Notes: generated by a model not told the origin, from the sequence alone. A stretch of DNA of 64,000 nucleotides from Octopus bimaculoides (GCF_001194135.2 NC_068983.1:97541489-97605488); one strand, 5' to 3'. Counted from the first letter of the stretch, positions 25,815-39,388 are shown. Numbers and translations: made by a program.

Positions 25815-26162
25815 GCATGGTCCCCTGAAAAGGGTAAAGACCCCCTTCGTTCATGAATGACCATGGGATTGCATCTAGAAAGTTACCCTCTGAGGCACAT
25901 GTCCGGGCAAGATTGTTTTAATGAGAGACCAGCAGTCGCCCACGCATACCAGCCTTCCCTCACCACACCGCCGATGTTATCCAAGGGAAAGGTAAAGACC
26001 AATACATTTTGGCACTAGTGACGTCGCAACTCATTTCTACAGCTGAGTGAACAGGAGCAACATGGAATGAAGTGTCCTGCTCACACAACAGCGTGATCCG
26101 GAAATCGAACTCACTACCTCATGATTATAAGCTCGACACTCTAACCACTGAGCCATGCGTCT
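25815..26162 (-). mobile_element. tRNA-derived SINE, family D, with long tail (AAAGGGTAAAGACCCCCTTCG..CATGAATGACCATGGGATTGCA)
   Basis: tRNA-like head in reverse (ATCGAACTCAC...CTCTAACCACTGAGCCATGCG) and internal CTCATTTCTACAGCTGAGTGAAC segment. Confidence 0.7.
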
Positions 26163-26229
26163 TTTCGGTACCCTGTAGGAGTAAACTATTTACATTGATG
26201 CCTATTTACTTCAGATAGAGAGTGATCAG

Positions 26230-26540
26230 GGTAAAATATATAGAGCCAAATATCTGTGGGGTAAGGTTGATATGCGTTGTTTGAAGACTCCTGGAATGCT
26301 CGAAGAAACAGAAAATAAAATTCTGGAGTGAAAACTGGGTTGAGATGGGGCTAAAGATCGTGACTGTGGTGAAATATGTGACACTGGGGTGGACCCTCGA
26401 TCTAACAGAGATCCCAGGAGGGCAACAACTGAAGTAAAATGTCTTCCTCAAGCACACAGCACACAAACGGGTCCAGGAATCGAACTTACTACATCATGAT
26501 TGTGAGCCCGACGCTCTAATCAGAGATCCATGCGCTTTCA
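26230..26540 (-). mobile_element. Diverged tRNA-derived SINE
   Basis: Reverse tRNA-like head GGAATCGAACTTAC...GACGCTCTAATCAGAGATCCATGCGC; GTCTTCCTCAAGCACACAGC segment. Confidence 0.55.
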
Positions 26541-27263
26541 CGGTTCCCTGTAGGAGTGGACTATATGATAATGGAGAGTAGAAAACATTGATGCCACGAT
26601 AGTGACAAAATTGATAACTTTAAAGCCTTCTGCCCTCAACAAGAACAACTTAAGCGATAGCTAGATAAAGGCCTTTATCTCTGTCAATACCGATAGCAGT
26701 AGCAGCGACAACACCAGCAACAGTGGCAACGAGGCCAACAAAAAGAGTGCGTTCGTGGCAAAAATGGCTACGGCACCAGCTGCATGAATAGATGCAACAC
26801 CGACAACAACTATTACTACAACAACAATATCAGCGATGGAAGCAACAGAAACAAAAGAAGCACACCCTCGAACGATCTCTTAATAGAGAAGGGAGACTAT
26901 GCAACCTAACAACGACGATCGTTAGTAAAATTTGACAACAAAAGTCGGCGTATAAATTACGAATCATTACCCCACATGTTGAGATAATATTCATATTTCA
27001 CCTAGACTCGGTGATACTCAGCGAAAATTCAACAACCTAACTATGCGGTATTCAAGAAGAAAAGTGATATAGATTCGCGTGGTACACTGATACTGCCAAG
27101 ATGGTAAGCTCCCGCAACTTTATGAGAGGGTTGCATGTATTTGTAACCTTTTGTATGTATCAAACTTTGTATCTGACTTCATATATTCGGTTTCGTCCGC
27201 ACACATCATACACACATACATGCATACCTATATACATACATATATACATACATATATGCATGC

Positions 27264-27294
<31 letters not shown>

Positions 27295-27452
27295 CATATA
27301 TACATATANNNNNNNNNNNNNNNNNNNNNNNNNNNNNNNNNNNNNNNNNNNNNNNNNNNNNNNNNNNNNNNNNNNNNNNNNNNNNNNNNNNNNNNNNNNN
27401 NNNNNNNNNNNNNNNNNNNNNNNNNNNNNNNNNNNNNNNNNNNNNNNNNNNN

Positions 27453-27484
<32 letters not shown>

Positions 27485-27539
27485 CATATACATATATAGA
27501 TTTATATGTAATAAACAGTATACTTATAATAAACAGTAT

Positions 27540-27700
27540 ACTTAAGCGTGGCCATATGGTAAGAAGCTTGATTTCCAATCACATACTTCTGGATTCTGTT
27601 CTACTGCGTGGTATTTTGGGAAAGAGTCTTCTACTATAGCCTCTGGTCGACCAAAGCCTTGCGTCTGGATTTGGTAGATGGAAACTGAAAGAATCTCATT
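27540..27700 (+). mobile_element. SINE family B head
   Basis: GCGTGGCCATATGGTAAGAAGCTTGATTTCCAATCAC...CTTCTACTATAGCCTCTGGTCGACCAAAGCCTTG...GGAAACTGAAAGAA. Confidence 0.7.
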
Positions 27701-28584
27701 GTGTATATATGTATATACATATATAGTTAATCAAATATATCCTTTGAGAATAAAGTATACTGGATTTCAGATAAGTGCTCTTGATATGAGAAATGTATAA
27801 AACCGTAAAGGTATTTAGAGATTCAATTGCAGCGATTATATATTATAGAGTAAAAGTAGGAAAAATTATATCATAAAAATCAGATTAGAGATACATACGT
27901 CCATAATATAAACAATATTGTATTAATAAATAAATATATAAAGTTTAACTATAATCATTTTAAAAGATTTGAAATTTCAGTATAGTAAATCGAATACCAA
28001 TACACATCTATACCAATAACTTTTTAAACAACACCTTTATCATACGATTTTAAATACCATCTCTGTCATTCCATTTATTGCACTGAAATTCATCCTTTTC
28101 TCTCATGAGTGGATATACTTCCTAATAATGGTTATCAACTTTGGATTTGATTTCGAAAGGTAGTATATTCATGAAACGATCGTAAGATCTCCCAGACCTT
28201 TTTAAATGATCATAGTTATACTTCGTTTATCTATTAATACAATATTGTTTATATTATGGAGGTATCTCTACTGTGACTTTTGTGATATAATTTTTCCTAC
28301 TTTTACTCTCTAATACGCACACACACACACATATATAGGTGTGTGCGTGTGTGTGTGTTTGTCTCTTGGCAACCGATGTTGGTGTTTTTACTTCTCCGCA
28401 ACTTAGCCGTTCGGCAAAACGTATTGATAGAATAAGCACCAGCCTTTAATAGAATTAAGTACTGGTGTCGATTCATTCGATCAAAAATTCTGCAAAGCAG
28501 TTCTCCAGCATGTATGCAGTCTAATGATTGAAACAAGTAAAAGATAAAAAATTAAGAGAATATCGTTATACATAATTTATAAAT

Positions 28585-28658
<74 letters not shown>

Positions 28659-29417
28659 NNNNNNNNNNNNNNNNNNNNNNNNNNNNNNNNNNNNNNNNNN
28701 NNNNNNNNNNNNNNNNNNNNNNNNNNNNNNNNNNNNNNNNNNNNNNNNNNNNNNNNNNNNNNNNNNNNNNNNNNNNNNNNNNNNNNNNNNNNNNNNNNNN
28801 NNNNNNNNNNNNNNNNNNNNNNNNNNNNNNNNNNNNNNNNNNNNNNNNNNNNNNNNNNNNNNNNNNNNNNNNNNNNNNNNNNNNNNNNNNNNNNNNNNNN
28901 NNNNNNNNNNNNNNNNNNNNNNNTTTATTGGGAATTACATGTATGGATCAAAACAGTTTGATTCAAATTCGTTGATTGTCTGAGTTTCAAGTGTGATGCT
29001 AGCCTTCAGCCATTTTGAATTTGAATTTGAATGAAAGAAGTTAATTGTTATTACCGTAAGATGGACTGCGATTGGTCGAGGAATGTCACGCGGTGTCGTG
29101 GTTTCATGTTGGTATAACGGTAAAATACAGCAGCAAATGTTAGTTGGGAAATACCACATCGCGTGGTGACAGGAAATCGGTCGGGTTGTTGGAGGGGAAG
29201 TAGGAAGAGGTGGTAGGTGCAAATATATAGTTGTATATGTGATGTGGAGACGAGCTTATATGGTTCTATATATATATATATATCATATTCGTTCGTACCT
29301 TCCCTTTCCGTATAGCAAGCCTACTATCGTATGAGTGAAACATTCTCATAAAAACTGTTGTATTTCTCGTTGCAGTCGTTCCTGTTTTCATTGTTGTTGT
29401 TCTTATTGTTGTTGTTG

Positions 29418-29456
<39 letters not shown>

Positions 29457-29884
29457 GTGATTAACTAGACTATGTCAATATCGTTGAAGTAAATCTCCGA
29501 AACATAACAAGAAAAAGAGCGGAATAGCTTTATATTTTAATGAATGAGAAGTCTTTCAGTATAACTTTGTTTTAGTAGTGATAAATCATCCGTCAGCAGT
29601 CCAGATGGATTAATCTCCTGAAATTGGCAGATGAACGAGACTTGGCTCAATGGACGAGATTTAGCTGAAGGCTAGTGTGTCTTTCTGCTGTATTGGCAGC
29701 CATTACATTAGATTTCGCACGCAATATCTCTATTTTATTCATTTGAATTATGGTCAAACTGCTCGCAACATTTCAATTCTAACAAGACAGATTGCCAGAT
29801 AAGGGAAAATGTCTACAGCATTTTGATAAACACAAACTTCTCAGCTTCTCTTCACTATCTATCTAGTAATCTATTTATCTACCA

Positions 29885-29926
<42 letters not shown>

Positions 29927-29961
29927 ATATCTATCTATCTATCTATATACATATTGCGTAT

Positions 29962-30002
<41 letters not shown>

Positions 30003-30284
30003 TGTGTGTGAGTGTGTGAAATCATATATTTATCAATGTATGAATCTACCTAGTAGAATAACCCTCCATCTATTTAATTTTCGCATGCGTTCACTCTTAC
30101 TTTCTTTCTTTACTTCTTTCTCTCTTTCTCATCTCCCAACTTGTTACTTCTTTCTTATCTAGTTTCGTTGTCCATTGAAATACTTGACTACCGTGCGCTT
30201 GTTTTTGTATGTGTCTACATCTTCAAGCAAATAAATGTGTGTGNNNNNNNNNNTTTGTATGTGTCTACATCTTCAAGCAAATAA

Positions 30285-30320
<36 letters not shown>

Positions 30321-30657
30321 GGGAGAAGGTGCGCATGTGAATGTGTGCGTGTGTGTGTCTGTGAGTCTGTGTGTGCATTAAGAGAATGCGTTACCATGTT
30401 TATATGCGAAAATTCGCTAGCCGGCTCTGGATCTGTTTCAGTACATGTGTATATGTGTCTGAATTGGTCTGGTTATGCAGATACCAATCTGTCTAACTAG
30501 CTAGCAAGCGAACTACATATATTTATTTGTACAAAAATATGTATCACAATACACATGTATTATTTCCTACATACATATTAAGAAGGTATTCATTACTTGC
30601 ACAAACACACACACCACATATAAGTACGTGTGCATGTATACACACACACACACACAT

Positions 30658-30698
<41 letters not shown>

Positions 30699-31409
30699 AC
30701 ACGAGTAAGCACATAAATGCAAAGGAAGTTGGGAAAATAGTACTTGAATACCAAAGGTAGGGTAGTATCATACTTTCATATCTATACATATACATACAGA
30801 CACAAACACATACACGTATATATATATATGTACACATATATATATATATATATGTACACTTATATGAATAAATATATATNNNNNNNNNNAAGATGGTTAC
30901 AGGTAGGAACAAGGACAAAAAAGTGGTAATATAAAAGGAAGAGAGAGAAGCAATACGCAGGCGCATTGAAATATGTATACACACACGCACACGCGCGCAC
31001 ACACACATATATATAATATGAATAATATATATATATATGCATATATGCATACGTATATGTACATACATCTATACGTATATATATGCATATATGGGCACAG
31101 GACGTCACGAAACGTGTACAACTAAAAGTACGAAGTACGAGTACATGGAATATGAACTATTTTTTCGAACAACGAAACACACAAATGGAAAACAAGACAA
31201 ACAACACGAAAAAACGGCCTTTCCTCAGTTGTTGGATGTTTTTTTCTACTCTCGTATTTCGAGTAGATACGCTTCGATAAATCAGTTGCTCCCAGCAAAG
31301 CAAATTAAATGAAATGTAAATTTTAACTCTGAAGATTTAGAACTCAGAATGTAAAGACCAATGAAATACCACTAAGCTTTTTTACTCGGCAAGCTAATCC
31401 TGAAATATC

Positions 31410-31982
31410 AGTTTCAAATTTTTGTTACATGGCCAACAATTTTGAGGAAGAGTGAACGTCGATTACATTGACACTTCTGTTCAACTGATACCTATTGTCA
31501 GTTAAAGTTTAGACAGTGTCACGTGACAACTTGCTGGAGCTGCCTACTGGATCCTAGCAGCGGGAAATTTAGACAATGTCAAGTGACAACTTGCTGGGGC
31601 AGCCTGCTGGAGCCTAGCAGCAGGTATAAAAAGGGGAATTTGACAAGACAGTCAGTCGGACGCTGACACTCGTTGATGCTGCATCGAAGAGGCCAGGGAA
31701 TAGAAGAAAGAAGACATGCACCCAACACCAGAGCTGAAGACACCTCCGCTACGTCAAAACGGTAGATGAGTAGGGGCTGAAACCGGACGTGGTTCTTCCT
31801 GATGATGTCTCGAACTAACTGGATCCTATAAAGGAACTGTTGCGGTAGCAGACCACGAAACGTGGTTGAAATTCCTTAACCCAGAAGGATAAAAGCAAGT
31901 CCGACCCCGGAGGCATAAAGACAGACGAAATGCCGCTAAGCATTTTGTCTAGCATGCTAACAATCCTGCCATCTCACCGCTT
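31410..31982 (-). mobile_element. SINE family A split by an insertion at 31496-31880
   Basis: The left half ends ...TTCAACTGATACCTAT and the right half resumes CCAGAAGGATAAAAGCAAGTCCGACC, matching the contiguous consensus CAACTGGTACTTA..CCCGAAAGGATGAAAGGCAAAGTCGACC. Confidence 0.7.
31496..31880 (+). mobile_element. Probable solo LTR (about 385 bp)
   Basis: Begins TGTCAG; two tandem copies with a 60-bp period (31508-31561, 31568-31621); TATAAAA at 31625; more GC-rich than the flanks. Ends ...TCCTTAAC with the 3' CA and TSD not clear. Confidence 0.55.
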
Positions 31983-32257
31983 TATGCTGTTATTCCTCTA
32001 AAAGTGATTTTGTTATTAGAAGGGCAAAGACACTCAGCGTTCTCAGCGGGGAGCGACAACTGAGGCCTGCGAATGCAACACGCTGCCTCTTAAACCAAAC
32101 AAACATTTACATCCCCCGTTTGCGAGCAAAGCTGTAATCTAAGGATATCAAATGATGTTGATAATCATGTGATTCGATGAACAAGCCTAATCAAGCGATG
32201 CGCAGTTATGTGCATGTGTGAGCGCGCGCGCGTTCGTGTACATGTAAACACATATAA

Positions 32258-32301
<44 letters not shown>

Positions 32302-32340
32302 NNNNNNNNNNTGTGTGTGTGTGTGTGTGTGTGTGTGTGA

Positions 32341-32373
<33 letters not shown>

Positions 32374-32594
32374 CTTCTCGTATATATTTCATGCACATTT
32401 ACATCCGTAAACATACATTTATATGTGTGTTCTGGGGATATATAGACGCGCGCGCGCACACACATATATAAATACATACACAAACACACGCACATATACG
32501 CACACGCACACACACGCTCACACACACATGTATGTATATAGGTATGTGCGTAAGTACATACATCATCATCAACATCATCATCATCATCATCATC

Positions 32595-32610
32595 AGATCG
32601 GAAGAGCGTC
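32595..32610 (+). other. Illumina adapter contamination AGATCGGAAGAGCGTC
   Basis: Exact match to the start of the TruSeq adapter AGATCGGAAGAGCGTCGTG..., placed immediately before an N gap. Confidence 0.9.
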
Positions 32611-34669
32611 NNNNNNNNNNNNNNNNNNNNNNNNNNNNNNNNNNNNNNNNNNNNNNNNNNNNNNNNNNNNNNNNNNNNNNNNNNNNNNNNNNNNNNNNNN
32701 NNNNNNNNNNNNNNNNNNNNNNNNNNNNNNNNNNNNNNNNNNNNNNNNNNNNNNNNNNNNNNNNNNNNNNNNNNNNNNNNNNNNNNNNNNNNNNNNNNNN
32801 NNNNNNNNNNNNNNNNNNNNNNNNNNNNNNNNNNNNNNNNNNNNNNNNNNNNNNNNNNNNNNNNNNNNNNNNNNNNNNNNNNNNNNNNNNNNNNNNNNNN
32901 NNNNNNNNNNNNNNNNNNNNNNNNNNNNNNNNNNNNNNNNNNNNNNNNNNNNNNNNNNNNNNNNNNNNNNNNNNNNNNNNNNNNNNNNNNNNNNNNNNNN
33001 NNNNNNNNNNNNNNNNNNNNNNNNNNNNNNNNNNNNNNNNNNNNNNNNNNNNNNNNNNNNNNNNNNNNNNNNNNNNNNNNNNNNNNNNNNNNNNNNNNNN
33101 NNNNNNNNNNNNNNNNNNNNNNNNNNNNNNNNNNNNNNNNNNNNNNNNNNNNNNNNNNNNNNNNNNNNNNNNNNNNNNNNNNNNNNNNNNNNNNNNNNNN
33201 NNNNNNNNNNNNNNNNNNNNNNNNNNNNNNNNNNNNNNNNNNNNNNNNNNNNNNNNNNNNNNNNNNNNNNNNNNNNNNNNNNNNNNNNNNNNNNNNNNNN
33301 NNCACCACCACCACCACCACTGCCGCCGCCGCCGCCACCACCACCGCCACCACCGCCACCACTGCCGCCGCCGCCGCCACTGTCGCCTTCACCACCGCTT
33401 CCACTTCGTTTGCCTTTCTTTATCTTTTTACCCTTCTCTCCAGGCATTCCAATTGAGTGTCACTAGCTATCTCGTACACGCTTATTTTCTGACTAACCCG
33501 ACACATTCACATATGCGCATGCGCACGCACACGTCTGTTGCTGTTTTATGCATGTGCTTTTGCTTTCGTTTAACACACACACACACTCACAAATAGGCGC
33601 CAACGAAGGAGCCTCTACGTAATTACTCAACCTGTATAATATAGCAACCAAATCACCCTAAAAAATACAAAACAAACAAACATGGTGCATGATGTTTTAT
33701 AATGTCGTACACGGCTTCCTGTGCAAAGGGAAATATAGATGGAATGATCACGGACAGAATGTCATTCATTACAAGCCTGTTCCGTATCTAAAACCAATAA
33801 CGGTAAGACATTTATCCAAATACATGAAATCGTTTTATCACTTCCATGCTATTTCAGTCTCACCTCCACCGCTCGTTTTTACTTTCCACTACCTTTCCTC
33901 TGTTATTCTCTCCGCATATATCTTGTATGTGATTCAACTGGGGAAGATCGCCGGGTGACGGCAATATGGCTTGCCCACCAGGGTCAATGGATTCAATGAG
34001 ACCAGGCAATTGTGCGCCCACTGTCCTAGAAGGGACACCGGAGCACTGATCTGGGAAGATTATCCTTCCTTCTTCATGCTATCATTGACCTCTTGCCAAC
34101 CCTAAATAATCTTTGAATATGGGGTAAAGAAAAAAAAACCCTCTGTCTTTTAACCGGATTATAAAAGAGCATTTATATAGGAGACACGCAGTAGTAACGC
34201 TAAAAGGGAATGCAGTCCGTAAGGACTCGGGAGAAAGATAGAAGAGTAGAAAGATGAGCTAGAAGAGGAGGAAGGTAGAAGGAAAATATAAAATGAGAAG
34301 TGGAAAGATAAGAAATATCGAATGCTTGGAGCTGAACGTTTGACCTAGGCACTGGTCAAGTGGAAACAGGATGGGTGATAAAAGAAATGGGATGGTCACG
34401 TGGTACCGAAAATGGAAAGGAGGGCGCGAAAAAACTGAAGGGGAAAGGGAGGGGAAGAGAGAGTGAGGGAGAGAGAGAGAAAGGCAGAGAATAGAGAGAT
34501 ACGAACAGTGAAGGAGGAGAGAAGGTAGGGGNNNNNNNNNNATGGAGAGATACGAACAGTGAAGGAGGAGAGAAGGTAGGGGATTAACAGGTGGGAAGAG
34601 GGAGTTTGGAAAGAGAAAGGAATAAAGGAAGGAATGGAAGATAAGGAAAGAGAAAAGTGGTGGAAAATC

Positions 34670-35570
34670 TTAGGTTGTTTGGAAAATATTGTTCAATTTT
34701 TGGAAAATATGTTTTCAAGTTCGATTTAAGATGTTGTTTTCTGTAGTGTATTGGACGAAATTTTACATGCTTAATAACTGACGTGCACTCTTTAATAGAT
34801 TTTTAGTGATTTCTTTCAGAATATAATTTTGAAGCGTAGAAATCCTTAATTTCAAGTGTGGAGAAAGAAATGCGCTTACCTTTATTGGTATGAATTCAAG
34901 CTTGGACATAATGCTTCCCTAACAGCCGCCAATATCAACAGAGCATGTGGTGAAGGGTTCACTAGTGATCGGACGGTACGTTGGTGGTTTGAAAGATTCC
35001 ATAGTGGGGATGATAACCTTGAAGGTAGAGAACGTTCATCTACTCTTAGAGATCAGCATTTGAAAACAAGTCAAGCAAAACCCACGACAGAGGAATGTTT
35101 CATATGCTTGGTGTCAGTTAGCAACTGGAAAAATTGCATGTTCACTTGAGCAAAATGAGATCCGCATTTGTTAATCGACGTGGTCCAATTCTGTTCCACG
35201 ACAATGCTCAACCACACGTTTCCAGGATAACACTGCAGAAGTTCACAGACTTGGGATACGAGACTTTGCCACATCCTCTATGTTCCCCTGATCTTTTACC
35301 TGACTATCATTTTTTCATAACAGTTTTTTTTAAGGCAAAAAACCTTCCGTCCCAAAACCGAGGTTGAAACTGAATTCAAGGATTTCTTGGCATCAAATCT
35401 TTTGAATTTTTGTCGAAGAGGCATAAATGACCTTGTTAATCGATGGAAGAAATGCATAGCTATTCAGGGATCATATTTTGAATGATCAAACCTTTGTATT
35501 AGTTCAGTTGTTCAAGAATATAGGCTTATTTTTTTTTTAAATCAGCCATTATTTTCCGGACAACCAAATA
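34670..35570 (+). mobile_element. Mariner element with internal deletion (transposase pseudogene)
   Basis: YEFKLGHNASLTAANINRACGEG..SDRTVRWWFERFHSGDDNLE; VNRRGPILFHDNAQPHVS..LGYETLPHPLCSPDLLPDYHFF. Imperfect TIRs TTAGGTTGTTTGGAAAATA / TATTTTCCGGACAACCAAATA. Confidence 0.85.
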
Positions 35571-36000
35571 GAAAGATATGCAGNNNNNNNNNNNNNNNNN
35601 NNNNNNNNNNNNNNNNNNNNNNNNNNNNNNNNNNNNNNNNNNNNNNNNNNNNNNNNNNNNNNNNNNNNNNNNNNNNNNNNNNNNNNNNNNNNNNNNNNNN
35701 NNNNNNNNNNNNNNNNNNNNNNNNNNNNNNNNNNNNNNNNNNNNNNNNNNNNNNNNNNNNNNNNNNNNNNNNNNNNNNNNNNNNNNNNNNNNNNNNNNNN
35801 NNNNNNNNNNNNNNNNNNNNNNNNNNNNNNNNNNNNNNNNNNNNNNNNNNNNNNNNNNNNNNNNNNNNNNNNNNNNNNNNNNNNNNNNNNNNNNNNNNNN
35901 NNNNNNNNNNNNNNNNNNNNNNNNNNNNNNNNNNNNNNNNNNNNNGCTGCTGAGAATGGGTGGAAACAGAAGGGGGTGCATGGTGTTAAATCAAATATTC

Positions 36001-36212
36001 TTTTCTACCCTAGGCAGAAGGCTCAAAATTTTTGGGGAGGGGGTCAGTCGATTAGATTGACCCCAGTACGCAACTGGTACTTAATTTATCGATCCCAAAA
36101 TGATGAAAGGCAAAGTCGACCTTCGCGGAATTTGAACTCAGAACGTTAAGACAGACGAAATACTGCTAAGCATTTCGCTCGGCGTGCTAACGTTTCCGCC
36201 AGCTCGCCGCCT
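36001..36212 (-). mobile_element. SINE family A
   Basis: Near-consensus reverse copy ending CCGCCAGCTCGCCGCCTT. Confidence 0.85.
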
Positions 36213-37757
36213 TGTTAAATCAAATATTAAAAGTAAGAGGTAGCACAGGAAGACGATAAAGGAACACATGGAAAATATTCGCAAAATACGTGAACACGTT
36301 AATCCCTCATTAGTTATCGACCAAAAATCATTACAATTTCTTGCCATTATCGATAAGATTGTCCATTTTGTTGGCGTTAACAGCAAAACACGCTAATGGG
36401 ATATGTTAGCGGACATGAAAGACAGAATGGAATCAATGAAAAAAGGAAACAAATACAGTCTATGTGCATGTATGTATGAGTGTGTGTATGTCCGCCTCCA
36501 CCTGACAACCAGTGTCGGTTTGTTTACGCCCTCTTGATATAGCGATTCAAAAAAAAGGACCCATAGAATAATAAACGGACTTTAAAAGAAAATTACTGGG
36601 ATCGAATTGTTCGGCTAAAAGCCTTCAAGATGTTGTCTTAAAATAAACGCAGTCCAATAACTGAAACAAGTAAAGGATAAACGAAGTTTTGTTGCTACCG
36701 TTCACCTTGATGTCGTTGCTATTTGCTGTTCGACAGCATCATCGAATTAGAATATTTATAACAGACCTGCTGTTCCTATAATCATTAAAATCCTTCTTTT
36801 CGTTTGTCGACATATAATTATATTTATGCCTTTAGTGTTCTCTTCGAGCATGTGTTTATGTAAATGGAGATAGTTTACTGGAGATATGGTTGCGGATAGA
36901 TATGTATGTATATGTTTGCATGTAACTATTGTTGAATATAAGCATGTATGTATACATGTATTTATATAAACATGTAGTTACGTACACACACACACACACT
37001 ATCACAAATTTATGTCTGCATACATGTATATTTATCTACATGAGTATATATATATATATATACATATATATATGTATATATGCATATATANNNNNNNNNN
37101 NNNNNNNNNNNNNNNNNNNNNNNNNNNNNNNNNNNNNNNNNNNNNNNNNNNNNNNNNNNNNNNNNNNNNNNNNNNNNNNNNNNNNNNNNNNNNNNNNNNN
37201 NNNNNNNNNNNNNNNNNNNNNNNNNNNNNNNNNNNNNNNNNNNNNNNNNNNNNNNNNNNNNNNNNNNNNNNNNNNNNNNNNNNNNNNNNNNNNNNNNNNN
37301 NNNNNNNNNNNNNNNNNNNNNNNNNNNNNNNNNNNNNNNNNNNNNNNNNNNNNNNNNNNNNNNNNNNNNNNNNNNNNNNNNNNNNNNNNNNNNNNNNNNN
37401 NNNNNNNNNNNNNNNNNNNNNNNNNNNNNNNNNNNNNNNNNNNNNNNNNNNNNNNNNNNNNNNNNNNNNNNNNNNNNNNNNNNNNNNNNNNNNNNNNNNN
37501 NNNNNNNNNNNNNNNNNNNNNNNNNNNNNNNNNNNNNNNNNNNNNNNNNNNNNNNNNNNNNNNNNNNNNNNNNNNNNNNNNNNNNNNNNNNNNNNNNNNN
37601 NNNNNNNNNNNNNNNNNNNNNNNNNNNNNNNNNNNNNNNNNNNNNNNNNNNNNNNNNNNNNNNNNNNNNNNNNNNNNNNNNNNNNNNNNNNNNNNNNNNN
37701 NNNNNNNNNNNNNNNNNNNNNNNNNNNNNNNNNNNNNNNNNNNNNNNNNNNNNNNNN

Positions 37758-37837
<80 letters not shown>

Positions 37838-38589
37838 GGTCCTTCGATATTTATTTCCATTTTATTTTATCACGATAAGAACCAGTCAATCATCGATTTT
37901 CTGAGCTCTTCTTACTTGACTAGTCAAAAGTTTGTGCAAATCAGAAGATGAACGACTTATAGTTTGCAGAAGCTATAAGTTCTGGTATTTTGACAGTTCT
38001 GTTGATACAATGGAGCTACTGTGCATATATTTGTGCTGTCTAGCATTTGAAAATTGCTATTGTGGTGTACAAAATTTTATGACTGTTATTCTTCATTTAA
38101 TCACATAACCAAAATACCCCAACAGCGTAGTTTCACGAAAAGATCCATAACAGACACAGATATGACTGTGTAGTAAGAAGTTTGCTTCCAAAGCACATGA
38201 TTTCAGTCCTGCTGTGCGGCTCTTTGAACAAATGTTTTCTACTATAAAACGAAGCCAACTAAAGGCATGTAAGTGGATTTTGTAACGGAAACTGGAAACT
38301 GAAAACACTTCTTTTCTTTGTGTGTGTGGGTGGGGGGTGTTATAATGAGGGCCGGTTTATAGGGTTACCCTGGATTTCTCGCTCATAAGGGGTTTAGCCT
38401 TACCGCGTATCTTCAGACCCCAAACACTCATGGCCTAAGACCTGTTCAAAATATGGAGGGGGAAATGCCTTTCTGTAGAAGTAAACACTAGGTGATTACC
38501 TCATTTTGCCATTGGTCATCGAGCTTCGGCTGCGCCGCCACCTTCGGCCTTGGCTATTGGCTTCCGGCTGTATTGTCGCCTTGTTGATT

Positions 38590-39072
38590 CCAAAAAGCCA
38601 GCAGGAAAAACATATTGCCATGAAATTGCCAAAATGAACGAAAAACTGTTACCTCTTCGTCCCATACTGGTCAACAGAAGATGGCCAATCATTCTTCATG
38701 ACAATGCTCAACCACACGTTTCACTAATGACGTTCCAGAATTTGAGGAAACTTGGCTAGAAAGTTCTTCCCCACCCAGCTTATTCACCAGACCTTTCTCC
38801 TACCGACTACCGCTTTTTCAAGCACTTTGATGGTTTCCTGCGAGAGAAGGAGTTCAAAAATCAAACTGATGCTGAAAATGCTTTCAACGAGTTCATCAGT
38901 TCCAGAACTCCAGATTTTTATGTTACCGGAATAAACAAACTTGTAACTCAATGGCAAGAATGTGTTGATTGTAATGGTACTTAGTTTGATGAATAAAATT
39001 TCCGCATTGGTGAAGTATATTGTTATGAATTTCATGTTTCGAAGATTTGCTTAATCTTTACTCAGGCTGATA
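38590..39072 (+). mobile_element. Mariner transposase C-terminal half (pseudogene) and 3' end
   Basis: LVNRRWPIILHDNAQPHVS..LG*KVLPHPAYSPDLSPTDYRFFKHFDGFLREKEFKNQTDAENAFNEFISSRTPDFYVTGINKLVTQWQECVDCNG; contains the YSPDLSPTD motif. Confidence 0.85.
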
Positions 39073-39343
39073 CATACTGCTTGAGTATAAACATAATATA
39101 TTTCAAATTGGAGAAACTGTGTCTACACCCCAGCAATTCGCGTATGAAATCCACAAAACTATAACTTACTAGGTGTTAAGGTCTTTCTGTATCCTTTCAA
39201 TAATGCTTTAGTGTCATCCGGCTGACTTTTTCACATTTTTCTTTTTCCAGGGGTATCAATAGAGATAGCTAACAAAGCAGTTTATTTTGATTAGGTGGTA
39301 TTAGTTGTTTTTAGTTAACGCTTCCATATATATTAGTGTCTAT

Positions 39344-39344
<1 letters not shown>

Positions 39345-39388
<44 letters not shown>

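Noticed and set aside
27005-27103. Possible exon ending AAGATG|GTAAGC
   Set aside because: All three frames from the best acceptor contain stops.
30204-30293. 40-bp direct repeat
   Set aside because: Flanks a 10-N gap; overlap artefact.
31730-31870. CTGAAGA/CTGATGA...GAAAC motifs in the putative LTR as hammerheads
   Set aside because: No stem II closed by G-C next to GAAA and no stem I/III pairing found.
33302-33400. Poly-Pro/Gly/Ala-like GC-rich ORFs
   Set aside because: Imperfect (CCA/CCG)n trinucleotide repeat at a gap edge; no coding context.
33689-33802. ORF MMFYNVVHGFLCKGKYRW... ending at an ACG|GTAAGA donor
   Set aside because: No acceptor or promoter evidence and no recognisable protein; it adjoins a repeat-like segment.
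34491-34583. About 40-bp direct repeat
   Set aside because: Flanks a 10-N gap; overlap artefact.
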